Translations under genes and position numbers: made by a program
The notes under the pieces: generated by a model
Database searches by the model: none
Seen by the model: only the letters and a program-made list of their open reading frames with translations
What the model was told of the DNA's origin: nothing
In this document: in pieces, positions 8,993-18,022 of the stretch
Position numbering within the stretch: the first letter of the stretch is position 1
Layout of the letters: the number at the start of each line of letters is the position of its first letter
From: Bacteroidia bacterium
Lineage (GTDB): Bacteria; Bacteroidota; Bacteroidia; JABEUT01
NCBI GenBank assembly: GCA_035486075.1
Contig: DATHNK010000306.1
Span: forward strand, 1 to 29,567
Direction of reading: 5' to 3'
DNA length: 29,567 nucleotides

Positions 8993-10689
8993 TTTTTCAG
9001 CAATTTAAAATAGCCAGCCCATATTTCTGCATTCAGTTGATTCGGAGTGAACACTTCCAATATAGCTGGTTTTCCTTTATGGTCTTTATATAATTTAGTT
9101 AAACTTAGCTTCAACTCATTTTCGTTTTTGGCAGAATAATAAGGAATATCAAATGCCTTCACAATGCCTTCGGCTTTCATAGAGTGCTTAGCCTCAAAAT
9201 ACTTTTCAAGTAATGGGGAATCCTTGGAATCGATCAAACGGAATATTCCGCCACCACCATTATTAATTACAATTATCTTCAAATTGCCATGCAGATATTT
9301 ATTCCATAAGGCATTCGAATCGTAAAGAAAAGCCAAATCTCCTGTGATGAGAGTTGTGATTCTGCCTGAACTGAATGCAGCTCCAGAGGCAGTACTCGTC
9401 ATTCCATCTATGCCACTTACACCACGATTGCAAAAATAATTTATCCTATTTTTGAATTTTGTTTCAAAAAGGTTTGCATATCTGATAGGGGAACTGTTAC
9501 CTAAATGCAGATGAGAATCTTTTGGAGTATTATTCCATATCATATCTATCACCTTTAGGTCAGTAAAAGGAACTTTTTTTGAATATGAAAGTAGGGCTTT
9601 ATTAGCATTATCCGAAATGCTCTTCAAGTCTTTTGCATAACTGATTTTCTGCTTATTTTTTTGTTTGCAAAGTAATGCGAAAAGATACTTCTCATCTACA
9701 GCCAATACATTTGTAAGAGATTGAAATGTATCAGTATGAGCAGCGGATATGGATATATGCCAATGTTGTAAAGGTATGTACTTACGCAGATATGTTTTCA
9801 GTTTCTTGCTAGTAACAGGCCCTCCAATGGTAATTAGCAGGTTAGGTTGAAAGAATTCCTTATCACTCTCATCAAAAGAATCCAAAACTGCATCCACATT
9901 ATGAATGAAATTATCATCCTGCATATTAGATGTAGTCTCGGTCAAGACAGCCACGGATGAATCATTTGCCAATTTGGCAAGCAGGCTATTTACTTCCTTC
10001 CCTGGTTTATGCAATCCGCAAACAATCATTTTCTTTTTTGCATTATTCCATACTGCCAACAACTCCTTCTCATCAACCTCACTCAATCGCTTTTGAACAA
10101 TGGAGGTATGAATGATTTTATAATCGATTTTTGCTTTTTCAACCTCTTTGTAAAGCGGTTCCCGGAGCGGAACATTGATATGCACTGGCCCCTCATTACC
10201 CCGTTCCATAGCAGTATTAAATGCCTCTGAAATCAATCGTTGAGCATACCACATATCATCTGGATGATTTATTTCGACCGGTAGATTGTAGGATCCCTTG
10301 CAATAATTAGAATATATCCTTCTCTGATTAATTGTCTGTCCGTCATCCTGGTCTATCCATTCAGGCGGACGATCAGCGGTAATAACGATCAAGGGAATAT
10401 TTTGGTAATACGCCTCTGCAATAGCAGGTGCGTAATTCAATGCAGCCGAACCGGAAGTGCAAATTATACCTACCGGAGAATTAGACTGTTGTGCAATTCC
10501 CAGCGCAAAAAAAGCTGCGCTGCGTTCATCTATTATCGACAGGCATTCTATTTCATCTTGTGAATCTAAAGCTATAATTATAGGAGCGTTGCGAGAACCG
10601 GAAGAAATAATTGCATACCTCATGCCTTTTGCTGCCGATATAGCTGAAAGAACTTGTGCTATTGGCTTGTCACTTGTAGTTTTATTCAT
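8989..10689 (-). CDS. menD: SEPHCHC synthase (ThDP-dependent)
   Basis: [53 protein letters not shown]. Start set at ATG 10689, overlapping the menF stop. Confidence 0.95.
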   Translation of the reverse strand: MNKTTSDKPIAQVLSAISAAKGMRYAIISSGSRNAPIIIALDSQDEIECLSIIDERSAAFFALGIAQQSNSPVGIICTSGSAALNYAPAIAEAYYQNIPLIVITADRPPEWIDQDDGQTINQRRIYSNYCKGSYNLPVEINHPDDMWYAQRLISEAFNTAMERGNEGPVHINVPLREPLYKEVEKAKIDYKIIHTSIVQKRLSEVDEKELLAVWNNAKKKMIVCGLHKPGKEVNSLLAKLANDSSVAVLTETTSNMQDDNFIHNVDAVLDSFDESDKEFFQPNLLITIGGPVTSKKLKTYLRKYIPLQHWHISISAAHTDTFQSLTNVLAVDEKYLFALLCKQKNKQKISYAKDLKSISDNANKALLSYSKKVPFTDLKVIDMIWNNTPKDSHLHLGNSSPIRYANLFETKFKNRINYFCNRGVSGIDGMTSTASGAAFSSGRITTLITGDLAFLYDSNALWNKYLHGNLKIIVINNGGGGIFRLIDSKDSPLLEKYFEAKHSMKAEGIVKAFDIPYYSAKNENELKLSLTKLYKDHKGKPAILEVFTPNQLNAEIWAGYFKLLKK

Positions 10690-11734
10690 TTTCTTCAAAA
10701 GCGAAAAGTAACGTTTTCGATTTCAATTCTGTTTCTTCCCATTCTTTTTCAGGTACTGAATCCTTTGTTATTCCGCCTCCAATATACAAGTTTACTGCAT
10801 CGGTCAGTACTTCAGCGCAACGTAAGTTTACAAATAAATCGGTTTTACCTTCCATATTGCAGGGGCCCAGAAAGCCTGTATAATATTTTCTGTCGTAACC
10901 TTCCGTTTGTTTAATAAACTGGTTTGCTTCATCTAATGGAATTCCGCAAACAGCCGGAGTTGGATGCAAAGCTGAAACTAAATTCCATAATCCCGTATTT
11001 AATTTAGCAGAAAAAGAAGTCTTAATATGTTTTACATTTCCTGCAATTACCTCCTGCGGACCGGAAACAGAAATATTCTCACAATATTTTTGCAAAACAT
11101 TCCTGATATAATCCGTGACAACTTGTTGTTCTATTTTTTCTTTTTCACCCCATTCTTCCATATTTTCCAAGGGCTTAGTTCCGGCTAAAGAAACTGTTTC
11201 TATTTTATCCTGATCAGCAGAAATCAATAATTCGGGGGTAGCGGTTATCCACACTAAATTTTCCGGAATATATACCAGAGAAACAAAGGCAGCCGGATGT
11301 TTCATACAGAGTTTATAGAACACCCTTAGAGGGTTCTTGAAAGAATTACTTTTTATCTCTTTTACTCTTGACAGCACCACCTTTTTAATAGCTCCCGATT
11401 GAATTTTGGATACTGCCGATACAACATTTGCGCAGTACTCTTCCCGATTTTTAGAAACCATATCTGATACAAATACGTCTTTTATTTCCCAATTCAGATC
11501 ACGCAATGAACCACCATGCAATTCTTCAAGGTTTAATTTAGAATAGCTACTTGCGTGAATAAACAATGGTTTACATGAACTGTCAGAAGAAAATGGATAT
11601 AAAATAAACCCTGAATTTAGAGGGATATCGTCTAGGGAATCTATTTCAACAGCATTGCAATCAGACTGAAGGAAACAAACTTCCGTTTTATCAGGCATGC
11701 GGTAATAAATGATTGGAAATTTAAATTTACTCAC
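10682..11734 (-). CDS. menF: Isochorismate synthase
   Basis: KKVVLSR, ATPELL, LAGTK, HPTPAVCG, VNLRC, IGGGITKDS..EWEETELK chorismate-binding motifs; GTG start. Confidence 0.9.
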   Translation of the reverse strand: MSKFKFPIIYYRMPDKTEVCFLQSDCNAVEIDSLDDIPLNSGFILYPFSSDSSCKPLFIHASSYSKLNLEELHGGSLRDLNWEIKDVFVSDMVSKNREEYCANVVSAVSKIQSGAIKKVVLSRVKEIKSNSFKNPLRVFYKLCMKHPAAFVSLVYIPENLVWITATPELLISADQDKIETVSLAGTKPLENMEEWGEKEKIEQQVVTDYIRNVLQKYCENISVSGPQEVIAGNVKHIKTSFSAKLNTGLWNLVSALHPTPAVCGIPLDEANQFIKQTEGYDRKYYTGFLGPCNMEGKTDLFVNLRCAEVLTDAVNLYIGGGITKDSVPEKEWEETELKSKTLLFAFEENE

Positions 11735-11752
11735 GCAAGAAATTACTTATAA

Positions 11753-13543
11753 TTAGAAACAATATTTGTTCTCAGCAAGCATCTTTGCAGCTATCCTGCG
11801 ACGCGCATTCTTACTATTGAACGGATCTGTTTTGGCAAAGCGCTTAATACCGTTTAACATCATTTTTTGCTCATCGCCTTCAGCAAATGCATAAATGGCA
11901 TCTCTTCCTGCCTTATGGATCCTTTCAGCTGAATCGCTTAGCCATGTCCGCAACATATCTAATTGCAAACTACATGCTTCTTCTCCGTTCACATTCACTA
12001 ATTTTTCCACCCGCAACTGCAAAGATTCGCCCACATAAACTTCTATGAGCATGTCTGCCACATTCATTACAATTTCCTGCTCGGTTTGCAGTTGGGTCAT
12101 CAACTTCTTCACAGCTGCTCCGGCAACCATTAAGCAAGCCTTTTTAAAACCTCTCAGATACCCTTTTTCTTTTGCAAACAACGAATCGTCTTGTTCGCCC
12201 ATATCAGGAATAGACATGAGTTCGCCTGCCACTTTCTGTGCAGGACCCAACAAATCTATATCTCCTTTGAGCGCACGTTTAATCATCATGTCAAGTATCA
12301 GCATACGATTGATCTCATTGGTGCCTTCAAATATGCGATTGATACGGGAATCACGATAAGCTCTTTCCATTGGTCCATCGGCCGAATACCCCATTCCTCC
12401 ATATATTTGCACACCTTCGTCAACTATGTAATTAAGGGATTCTGAGCCGAAAATTTTCATGATGGCGGCTTCTACAGCAAACTGTTCGGTCCCTTTCAAA
12501 ATAGCCTGACTCTTATCCATTCCGGCTTCAGTCAAACCGGTTATGGCATCCTCAATATTCCGGGTAGCGCGATATAGTGCCGATTCACATGCAAAAGCCA
12601 GAATTGCCTGTTGGCCCAATTTATGTTGAATAGCTCCATAGGTACCAATTGGATGACCGAACTGGCTGCGTTGGTTTGCATATTCCACTGCATGAGTGAT
12701 GATTGCTTTTGAGCCACCAAGTGTAGCAGCACCAAGTTTAATACGGCCGACATTCAAAATATTTACCGCTATCTTAAAACCATTTCCGCGTTCTGATAAA
12801 AGATTTTCGACAGGTACTGGGCAATCATTAAAAAATATCTGGCAAGTAGAACTACCCTTAATGCCCATCTTATGTTCTTCCGGATTTATAGTGATTCCTC
12901 CAAAAGTTTTTTCTACTATAAATGCGCTTAGGTTTTTATCGGCATCAATTTTGGCAAACACTATAAACAAGTCTGCAAAACCGGCGTTAGTTATCCACAT
13001 TTTTTGTCCGTTGATAAGATACTGTTTCCCATCGGCAGATAATTTGGCATTTGTTTTTCCCGAATTAGCATCAGAGCCGGCACCAGGCTCAGTTAGGCAG
13101 TACGAAGCTTTTAATTCGCCTGAAGCAAGTTTAGGAAGGTATTTGGTTTTTTGCTCTTCGTTGCCGTAATAAAGTATAGGCAAGGTTCCAATACCAGTAT
13201 GGGCCGTAATTGTAACCGCAAAGGAATTTCCGGGTCCTACGCTTTCTGTTGAAAGCATTCCCGTGACAAAATCTTTTTCAAAACCTCCATATTGTTCCGG
13301 TATATTCAGCCCCAATAAACCCAGTTCAGCCGCTTTATCAAGTATTTTTACCATGAGCCCTTCCTCCTTGTTATCCAACCTATCCATAACGGGCCAAATT
13401 TCCTGCTCCAGAAAATCATGACAGCTTTGGGCTATCATTTTTTGCTCTTCTGTGAATTCCTCAGGAATGAATATATCCTGATAGGAAGAATCCTTCACAA
13501 GGAATTCCCCTCCTTTCAATGTTGATTTCGTTGTCGTTTCCAT
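11753..13543 (-). CDS. fadE: Acyl-CoA dehydrogenase (FadE, ~600 aa class)
   Basis: YCLTEPGAGSDA, GQKMWITN, KMGIKGSST, QIYGGMGY, RIFEGTNEINR; follows fadA. Confidence 0.92.
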   Translation of the reverse strand: METTTKSTLKGGEFLVKDSSYQDIFIPEEFTEEQKMIAQSCHDFLEQEIWPVMDRLDNKEEGLMVKILDKAAELGLLGLNIPEQYGGFEKDFVTGMLSTESVGPGNSFAVTITAHTGIGTLPILYYGNEEQKTKYLPKLASGELKASYCLTEPGAGSDANSGKTNAKLSADGKQYLINGQKMWITNAGFADLFIVFAKIDADKNLSAFIVEKTFGGITINPEEHKMGIKGSSTCQIFFNDCPVPVENLLSERGNGFKIAVNILNVGRIKLGAATLGGSKAIITHAVEYANQRSQFGHPIGTYGAIQHKLGQQAILAFACESALYRATRNIEDAITGLTEAGMDKSQAILKGTEQFAVEAAIMKIFGSESLNYIVDEGVQIYGGMGYSADGPMERAYRDSRINRIFEGTNEINRMLILDMMIKRALKGDIDLLGPAQKVAGELMSIPDMGEQDDSLFAKEKGYLRGFKKACLMVAGAAVKKLMTQLQTEQEIVMNVADMLIEVYVGESLQLRVEKLVNVNGEEACSLQLDMLRTWLSDSAERIHKAGRDAIYAFAEGDEQKMMLNGIKRFAKTDPFNSKNARRRIAAKMLAENKYCF

Positions 13544-13550
13544 ATAATAG

Positions 13551-14729
13551 TTAGTTTAATAATTCAAATATTCCTGCCCCGCCCTGACCCATGCCTACAC
13601 ACATAGTAACAAGTCCATATTTTAATTTGCGCAGACGCATTTCACTAAATAGCTGCACAGATAATTTTGCTCCTGTACATCCCAAAGGATGTCCCAAAGA
13701 AATAGCTCCGCCGTTTACATTAACAATATCCTGGTTCAATTCCAATTTGCGCATTACAGCTACAGACTGCGATGCAAAGGCTTCGTTCAATTCAATCAAT
13801 TGAATGTCCTGTAATTTCATTCCCGCCTGTTTCAGAGCCTTAGGCACAGCTTCTACAGGGCCAATACCCATGATACGCGGGGGCACTCCGGCGGCAGAAT
13901 AAGATACCAATCTTGCAATTGGCGTAAGGTTCAGTTCTTTCATTTTCCGATCAGACATTACAATAACAAACGCTGCACCGTCCGATGTTTGGGAAGAGTT
14001 ACCTGCAGTTACGCTGCCATCAGCTGCAAACACAGGTTTTAATTTTGCAAGTGCATCCAACGAAGTATCCGCACGGGGCCCTTCATCTATATCTACAACA
14101 TATTCTCTTGATTTTATTTTGCCTTGCTCATCTACATAATTTTCTTTCACAGTAACCGGTACAATTTCATCCTTGAATTTACCCGCATTTATGGCAGCAA
14201 GTGCATTGGTATGTGAGCGTAAGGAGAAAGCATCCTGGTCGGCGCGAGATATGTTGAATTCATTGGCAACTGCTTCAGCAGTCATACCCATGCCCCAATA
14301 CCAATCAGGGTGATTATACCCAACCTCGGAATTAGGAACAATGCGCCATCCACCCATAGGTATAAGCGACATAGATTCTGCTCCTCCGGCGATTATTACA
14401 TCGGCCATACCTGCTTTTATTTTCGCTGTAGCAATGGCAATAGTTTCCAATCCCGATGCGCAATAGCGGTTTACAATCATACCTGGCACTTTGTCCGTGT
14501 CCAATGCCATTAAGGATATTAATCTTGCCATGTTCAGACCCTGTTCAGCTTCCGGCATGGCGTTGCCGACAATCACATCATCAATTTCCTCTTTCGCAAG
14601 ATTAGGAACTGATGCCATTAATTTGTGAATTACGCTTACAGCTAAATCATCTGTCCGCATAAAACGGAATTTTCCCCTTGGAGCTTTTCCAACCGCAGAA
14701 CGAAAACCAGCAACAATATATGCGTCCAT
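13551..14729 (-). CDS. fadA: 3-ketoacyl-CoA thiolase (beta-oxidation)
   Basis: NRYCASG, NEAFA, GHPLGCTG, MCVGMGQG; sits between fadN and fadE. Confidence 0.92.
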   Translation of the reverse strand: MDAYIVAGFRSAVGKAPRGKFRFMRTDDLAVSVIHKLMASVPNLAKEEIDDVIVGNAMPEAEQGLNMARLISLMALDTDKVPGMIVNRYCASGLETIAIATAKIKAGMADVIIAGGAESMSLIPMGGWRIVPNSEVGYNHPDWYWGMGMTAEAVANEFNISRADQDAFSLRSHTNALAAINAGKFKDEIVPVTVKENYVDEQGKIKSREYVVDIDEGPRADTSLDALAKLKPVFAADGSVTAGNSSQTSDGAAFVIVMSDRKMKELNLTPIARLVSYSAAGVPPRIMGIGPVEAVPKALKQAGMKLQDIQLIELNEAFASQSVAVMRKLELNQDIVNVNGGAISLGHPLGCTGAKLSVQLFSEMRLRKLKYGLVTMCVGMGQGGAGIFELLN

Positions 14730-14739
14730 AATTTATTTT

Positions 14740-17142
14740 TTAGTTTCTTAATATTTTTCCCCCATTCAAAATACTCTGCATCCTTTCCAATGTTTTCTTT
14801 TCTCCGCAAAGCGATAAGAATGCTTCCTTTTCCAGATCGAGAAGGTATTGTTCGCTTACCAAAGTCGGCGATGACAAATCTCCTCCGCAAATTACATGCC
14901 CCAGTTTTAGTGATATTTTTTTATCGTGTTCCGACATATAATGGCCTTTTTCCATTACATCAGCTCCTACATATATCATTCCCAGCGCTTGCTTGCCCAG
15001 CACTTTAATATCCTTACGAAGTACAGGCTGTGTATATCCTTCGTCCGCGAGACGTATGCAAGAAGCTTTGGCATCCGATAACAGACGGGAACGGTTAATT
15101 GTTACTTCATCGTGGCCTTTGCGAAGGAACCCTAAATCATACGCTTCGTACGCTGATGTAGAGACCTTTGCCATAGCCAGTGTTAAGTATTTTTCGCGTA
15201 ATAAATTCAATTCAATATCGCCATCTGCAAAAGAATCGGAAATACGCAGTGCCATTTCTTTGGTGCCACCACCGCCCGGGATAAGGCCTGCGCCAAATTC
15301 CACCAAGCCTATATAGGATTCTGCATGGGCCTGCACTTTATCGGAGTGCATTGCCATTTCGCAGGAGCCGCCAAGCGTAAGATTATGCGGGGCAACAACC
15401 ACAGGAATTGCAGAATACCGTATCCGCATGTTCATGTTCTGGAACATTTTAATGGCCATAGCTACATCATCCCATTCCTGCTCCACAGCCATGGAAAATA
15501 GAAGTGCAAGGTTGGCACCGGCAGAAAAATTATCCCCTTCATTTGAGATTACCAGTCCGCGGAAATCCTTTTCGGCCATTTCAATGGCTTTATTCACACC
15601 TTCAAAAACTTCGCTGCCAATAGTGTTCATTTTGGTGTGGAATTCCAGATTCAGAATTCCGTCACCAATATCGGTTACAGTAGTTCCTGCGTTTTTCCAA
15701 ACGGTTTTGCTTTCCCTGATATTATCCAGCAATATAAAGGCTTCTGAGCCCGGAATTATTTTGTAAGATAAGGAAGGAATATCATAATACTTCTTAATAC
15801 CATTTTCCGTTTTATAGAAAGAAGCAAAACCCTTTTTAAGCATATCATACACCCAGGCCGCAGGTTTACTTCCTGCCTTTTCCATCATATCAACTGAAGC
15901 TTGCACACCAATAGCATCCCATGTTTCAAACGGGCCTAGTTGCCAGCCGAAACCCGCACGCATAGCATCATCTATTCTATAAAGTTCATCTGAAATTTCC
16001 GGTATACGGTTAGATACATAAGCAAACAATCCGATGAAAGATGCCCTGTAAAACTCGCCTGCAACATCTTGCCCTGCTACTAATACTTTCATGCGTTCAG
16101 GAAGCGAATCGATAGCTTTGGTAAGTTCCAATGTGGCAAACTTCACTTTCTCGGAAGGCTTGTATTCAAATGTCTTCAGATCCAATGCCTGTATTTCTGA
16201 CTTACCGTCTTTTTTTACTTTTTTATAAAATCCTTGTCCGCTCTTATCGCCATACCATTTGTTCTCATTGAGTTTGGCAACATAGGCTGGCAATTCAAAC
16301 AAGGCATGGGCTTCATCGTTTGGAAGATTTGCCTTTAATCCGTTTGCTACATTTACAAGGGTATCCAATCCAACTACATCGCAGGTGCGGAAGGTGGCAG
16401 ATTTAGGCCTGCCTAAAACAGGGCCTGTTAGTTTATCTACCTGTTCAACTGTCAACCCCATCTTTTCTACAAGATGAAACAAGGCCATGATACCAAACAC
16501 CCCTACCCTATTGGCAATAAAGGCGGGTGTATCCTTACAGAGCACTGTAGTTTTGCCCAAATATAAATCCCCATAATGTGTGAAGAAATCAATAACATCA
16601 GGTGATGTTTTCGGTTCAGGAATAATTTCCAGCAATCTTAAATAACGAGGTGGATTGAAGAAGTGTGTACCGCAAAAATTCTTTTGAAAGTCTTCGCTGC
16701 GCCCTTCAGACAATAGATGTAGTGGGATTCCCGAAGTATTGCTCGTTATTAGAGTTCCAGGTTTGCGCAACTTTTCTATTTTATCAAAAAGACCTCTCTT
16801 GATCTGGAGGTTTTCAGTCACTGCCTCTATTACCCAATCGCAGGTTGATATTTGCGCCAGATCATCGTTCAAATTCCCTATGGCAATACGCGATAAAAAT
16901 GCTTTACTGTATATAGGTGAAGGATTACTTTTCACAACTCCCGCAAGGGCTTCATTTACGATGCGGTTTTTAAACGCTTTATCCTGAACAGTGAGTCCTT
17001 TTTTTATTTCATCATCCTGCAATTCTTTGGGAACAATATCAAGCAGCAAAACTTGTACCCCTATATTGGCAAAGTGACAGGCAATACGCGAGCCCATTAC
17101 ACCCGAACCTATCACTGCAACTTTCTTTATCCTACGATTCAT
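14740..17142 (-). CDS. fadN: 3-hydroxyacyl-CoA dehydrogenase / enoyl-CoA hydratase (FadN type)
   Basis: GSGVMG Rossmann motif, SNTSG, HFFNPPRY, C-terminal crotonase (FSAGANL, LGGSCE). The track's TTG start at 17163 lies inside a -7 promoter motif, so ATG 17142 is preferred. Confidence 0.92.
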   Translation of the reverse strand: MNRRIKKVAVIGSGVMGSRIACHFANIGVQVLLLDIVPKELQDDEIKKGLTVQDKAFKNRIVNEALAGVVKSNPSPIYSKAFLSRIAIGNLNDDLAQISTCDWVIEAVTENLQIKRGLFDKIEKLRKPGTLITSNTSGIPLHLLSEGRSEDFQKNFCGTHFFNPPRYLRLLEIIPEPKTSPDVIDFFTHYGDLYLGKTTVLCKDTPAFIANRVGVFGIMALFHLVEKMGLTVEQVDKLTGPVLGRPKSATFRTCDVVGLDTLVNVANGLKANLPNDEAHALFELPAYVAKLNENKWYGDKSGQGFYKKVKKDGKSEIQALDLKTFEYKPSEKVKFATLELTKAIDSLPERMKVLVAGQDVAGEFYRASFIGLFAYVSNRIPEISDELYRIDDAMRAGFGWQLGPFETWDAIGVQASVDMMEKAGSKPAAWVYDMLKKGFASFYKTENGIKKYYDIPSLSYKIIPGSEAFILLDNIRESKTVWKNAGTTVTDIGDGILNLEFHTKMNTIGSEVFEGVNKAIEMAEKDFRGLVISNEGDNFSAGANLALLFSMAVEQEWDDVAMAIKMFQNMNMRIRYSAIPVVVAPHNLTLGGSCEMAMHSDKVQAHAESYIGLVEFGAGLIPGGGGTKEMALRISDSFADGDIELNLLREKYLTLAMAKVSTSAYEAYDLGFLRKGHDEVTINRSRLLSDAKASCIRLADEGYTQPVLRKDIKVLGKQALGMIYVGADVMEKGHYMSEHDKKISLKLGHVICGGDLSSPTLVSEQYLLDLEKEAFLSLCGEKKTLERMQSILNGGKILRN

Positions 17143-17160
17143 AATTTTCTCTTTTACTGG

Positions 17161-17168
17161 CAAATTTA
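17161..17168 (-). promoter_or_regulatory. -7 promoter element for the fadN-fadA-fadE(-men) unit
   Basis: Reverse complement TAAATTTG, 18 nt upstream of ATG 17142. Confidence 0.6.
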
Positions 17169-17271
17169 TATTATTTACGGTGATAACAGGGGGATATTTT
17201 CAAATGAAATATTTTGTCTTGGGAATCACATATTATATAGGAATAATGTAACCTTAAATCGCAGGTTTCTT

Positions 17272-17279
17272 TATATTTG
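17272..17279 (+). promoter_or_regulatory. -7 promoter element for the VOC gene
   Basis: TATATTTG, 30 nt upstream of ATG 17310. Confidence 0.55.
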
Positions 17280-17309
17280 TTGGACACCTAATATTTAAAC
17301 TTTAAATCT

Positions 17310-17678
17310 ATGAAAATTCCAGCACAATACCTGCCTGTAATGCCTTACCTGATTATAAAAGACGCAAAGGCATTCAAAACATTTATGGTCGAAGTATTCG
17401 GGGCGACCGAACAATATTTGGCACCCCGTGCCGAACATTTGATTATGCATGGCGAATTAAAAATAGGCGATGCTATAATTATGTATGCCGATGCCACCGA
17501 AAAATATGGAGCACGCCCTGCCGGGATGTTTATTTATGTGGAAAGCGTGGACGGTATTTATACTAAAGCATTGGAAAAAGGAGCTAAAAGCCTTACCCCG
17601 CCTGCAAAAATGGATTATGGTTATTCCGGTGGTTTTGAAGATGCGTGGGGGAACCAATGGTGGATTGTAGAACCATAA
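17310..17678 (+). CDS. VOC / glyoxalase-bleomycin resistance family protein (PhnB-like)
   Basis: VMPYLII, IMHGELKIGDAIIM, MDYGYSGGFEDAWGNQWWI; 122 aa. Confidence 0.88.
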   Translation: MKIPAQYLPVMPYLIIKDAKAFKTFMVEVFGATEQYLAPRAEHLIMHGELKIGDAIIMYADATEKYGARPAGMFIYVESVDGIYTKALEKGAKSLTPPAKMDYGYSGGFEDAWGNQWWIVEP

Positions 17679-17679
17679 T

Positions 17680-17734
17680 TTTGAATGATGAATTTTGAAT
17701 GGAAATGCATGAAACTATAAATTCAATATTCAAA
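17680..17734. terminator. Heptamer-based hairpin between converging VOC and pspC genes; possible bidirectional terminator
   Basis: tttgaatgatgaattt (17680-17695) pairs with aaattcaatattcaaa (17719-17734) at 14/16; T-run follows at 17736-17740. Confidence 0.45.
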
Positions 17735-17738
17735 GTTT

Positions 17739-17978
17739 TTATAAGTCCCAAAGGCGCTTGCGGGGCTGCGATTTAGGGAAGAAGTATTTTTTATTCTCTT
17801 TGAAAAAAGCCAGAACAAAATAGATAATAACAGGCGAACCGAAGGTAAAGAAAGAGAGATAAATGAAATAGAGGCGTATGGTTGTGCCTCTGATACCAAT
17901 CACTTTGCCTATAGAATCGCAGACACCAAAGGCTTGCTGTTCAAACCATGCGATGATTACAAATATTACCTTTCTCAT
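17739..17978 (-). CDS. pspC: PspC domain-containing small membrane protein
   Basis: FGVC..IG...GI....IRLYFIYLSFFTFGSPVIIY resembles the PspC motif; single TM; 79 aa. Confidence 0.8.
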   Translation of the reverse strand: MRKVIFVIIAWFEQQAFGVCDSIGKVIGIRGTTIRLYFIYLSFFTFGSPVIIYFVLAFFKENKKYFFPKSQPRKRLWDL

Positions 17979-18001
17979 TTCTTCGTTACTTGCTACTCCT
18001 G

Positions 18002-18009
18002 CAAAGTTA
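18002..18009 (-). promoter_or_regulatory. -7 promoter element for pspC
   Basis: Reverse complement TAACTTTG, 23 nt upstream of ATG 17978. Confidence 0.55.
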
Positions 18010-18022
18010 CGCTATTCTCTTA

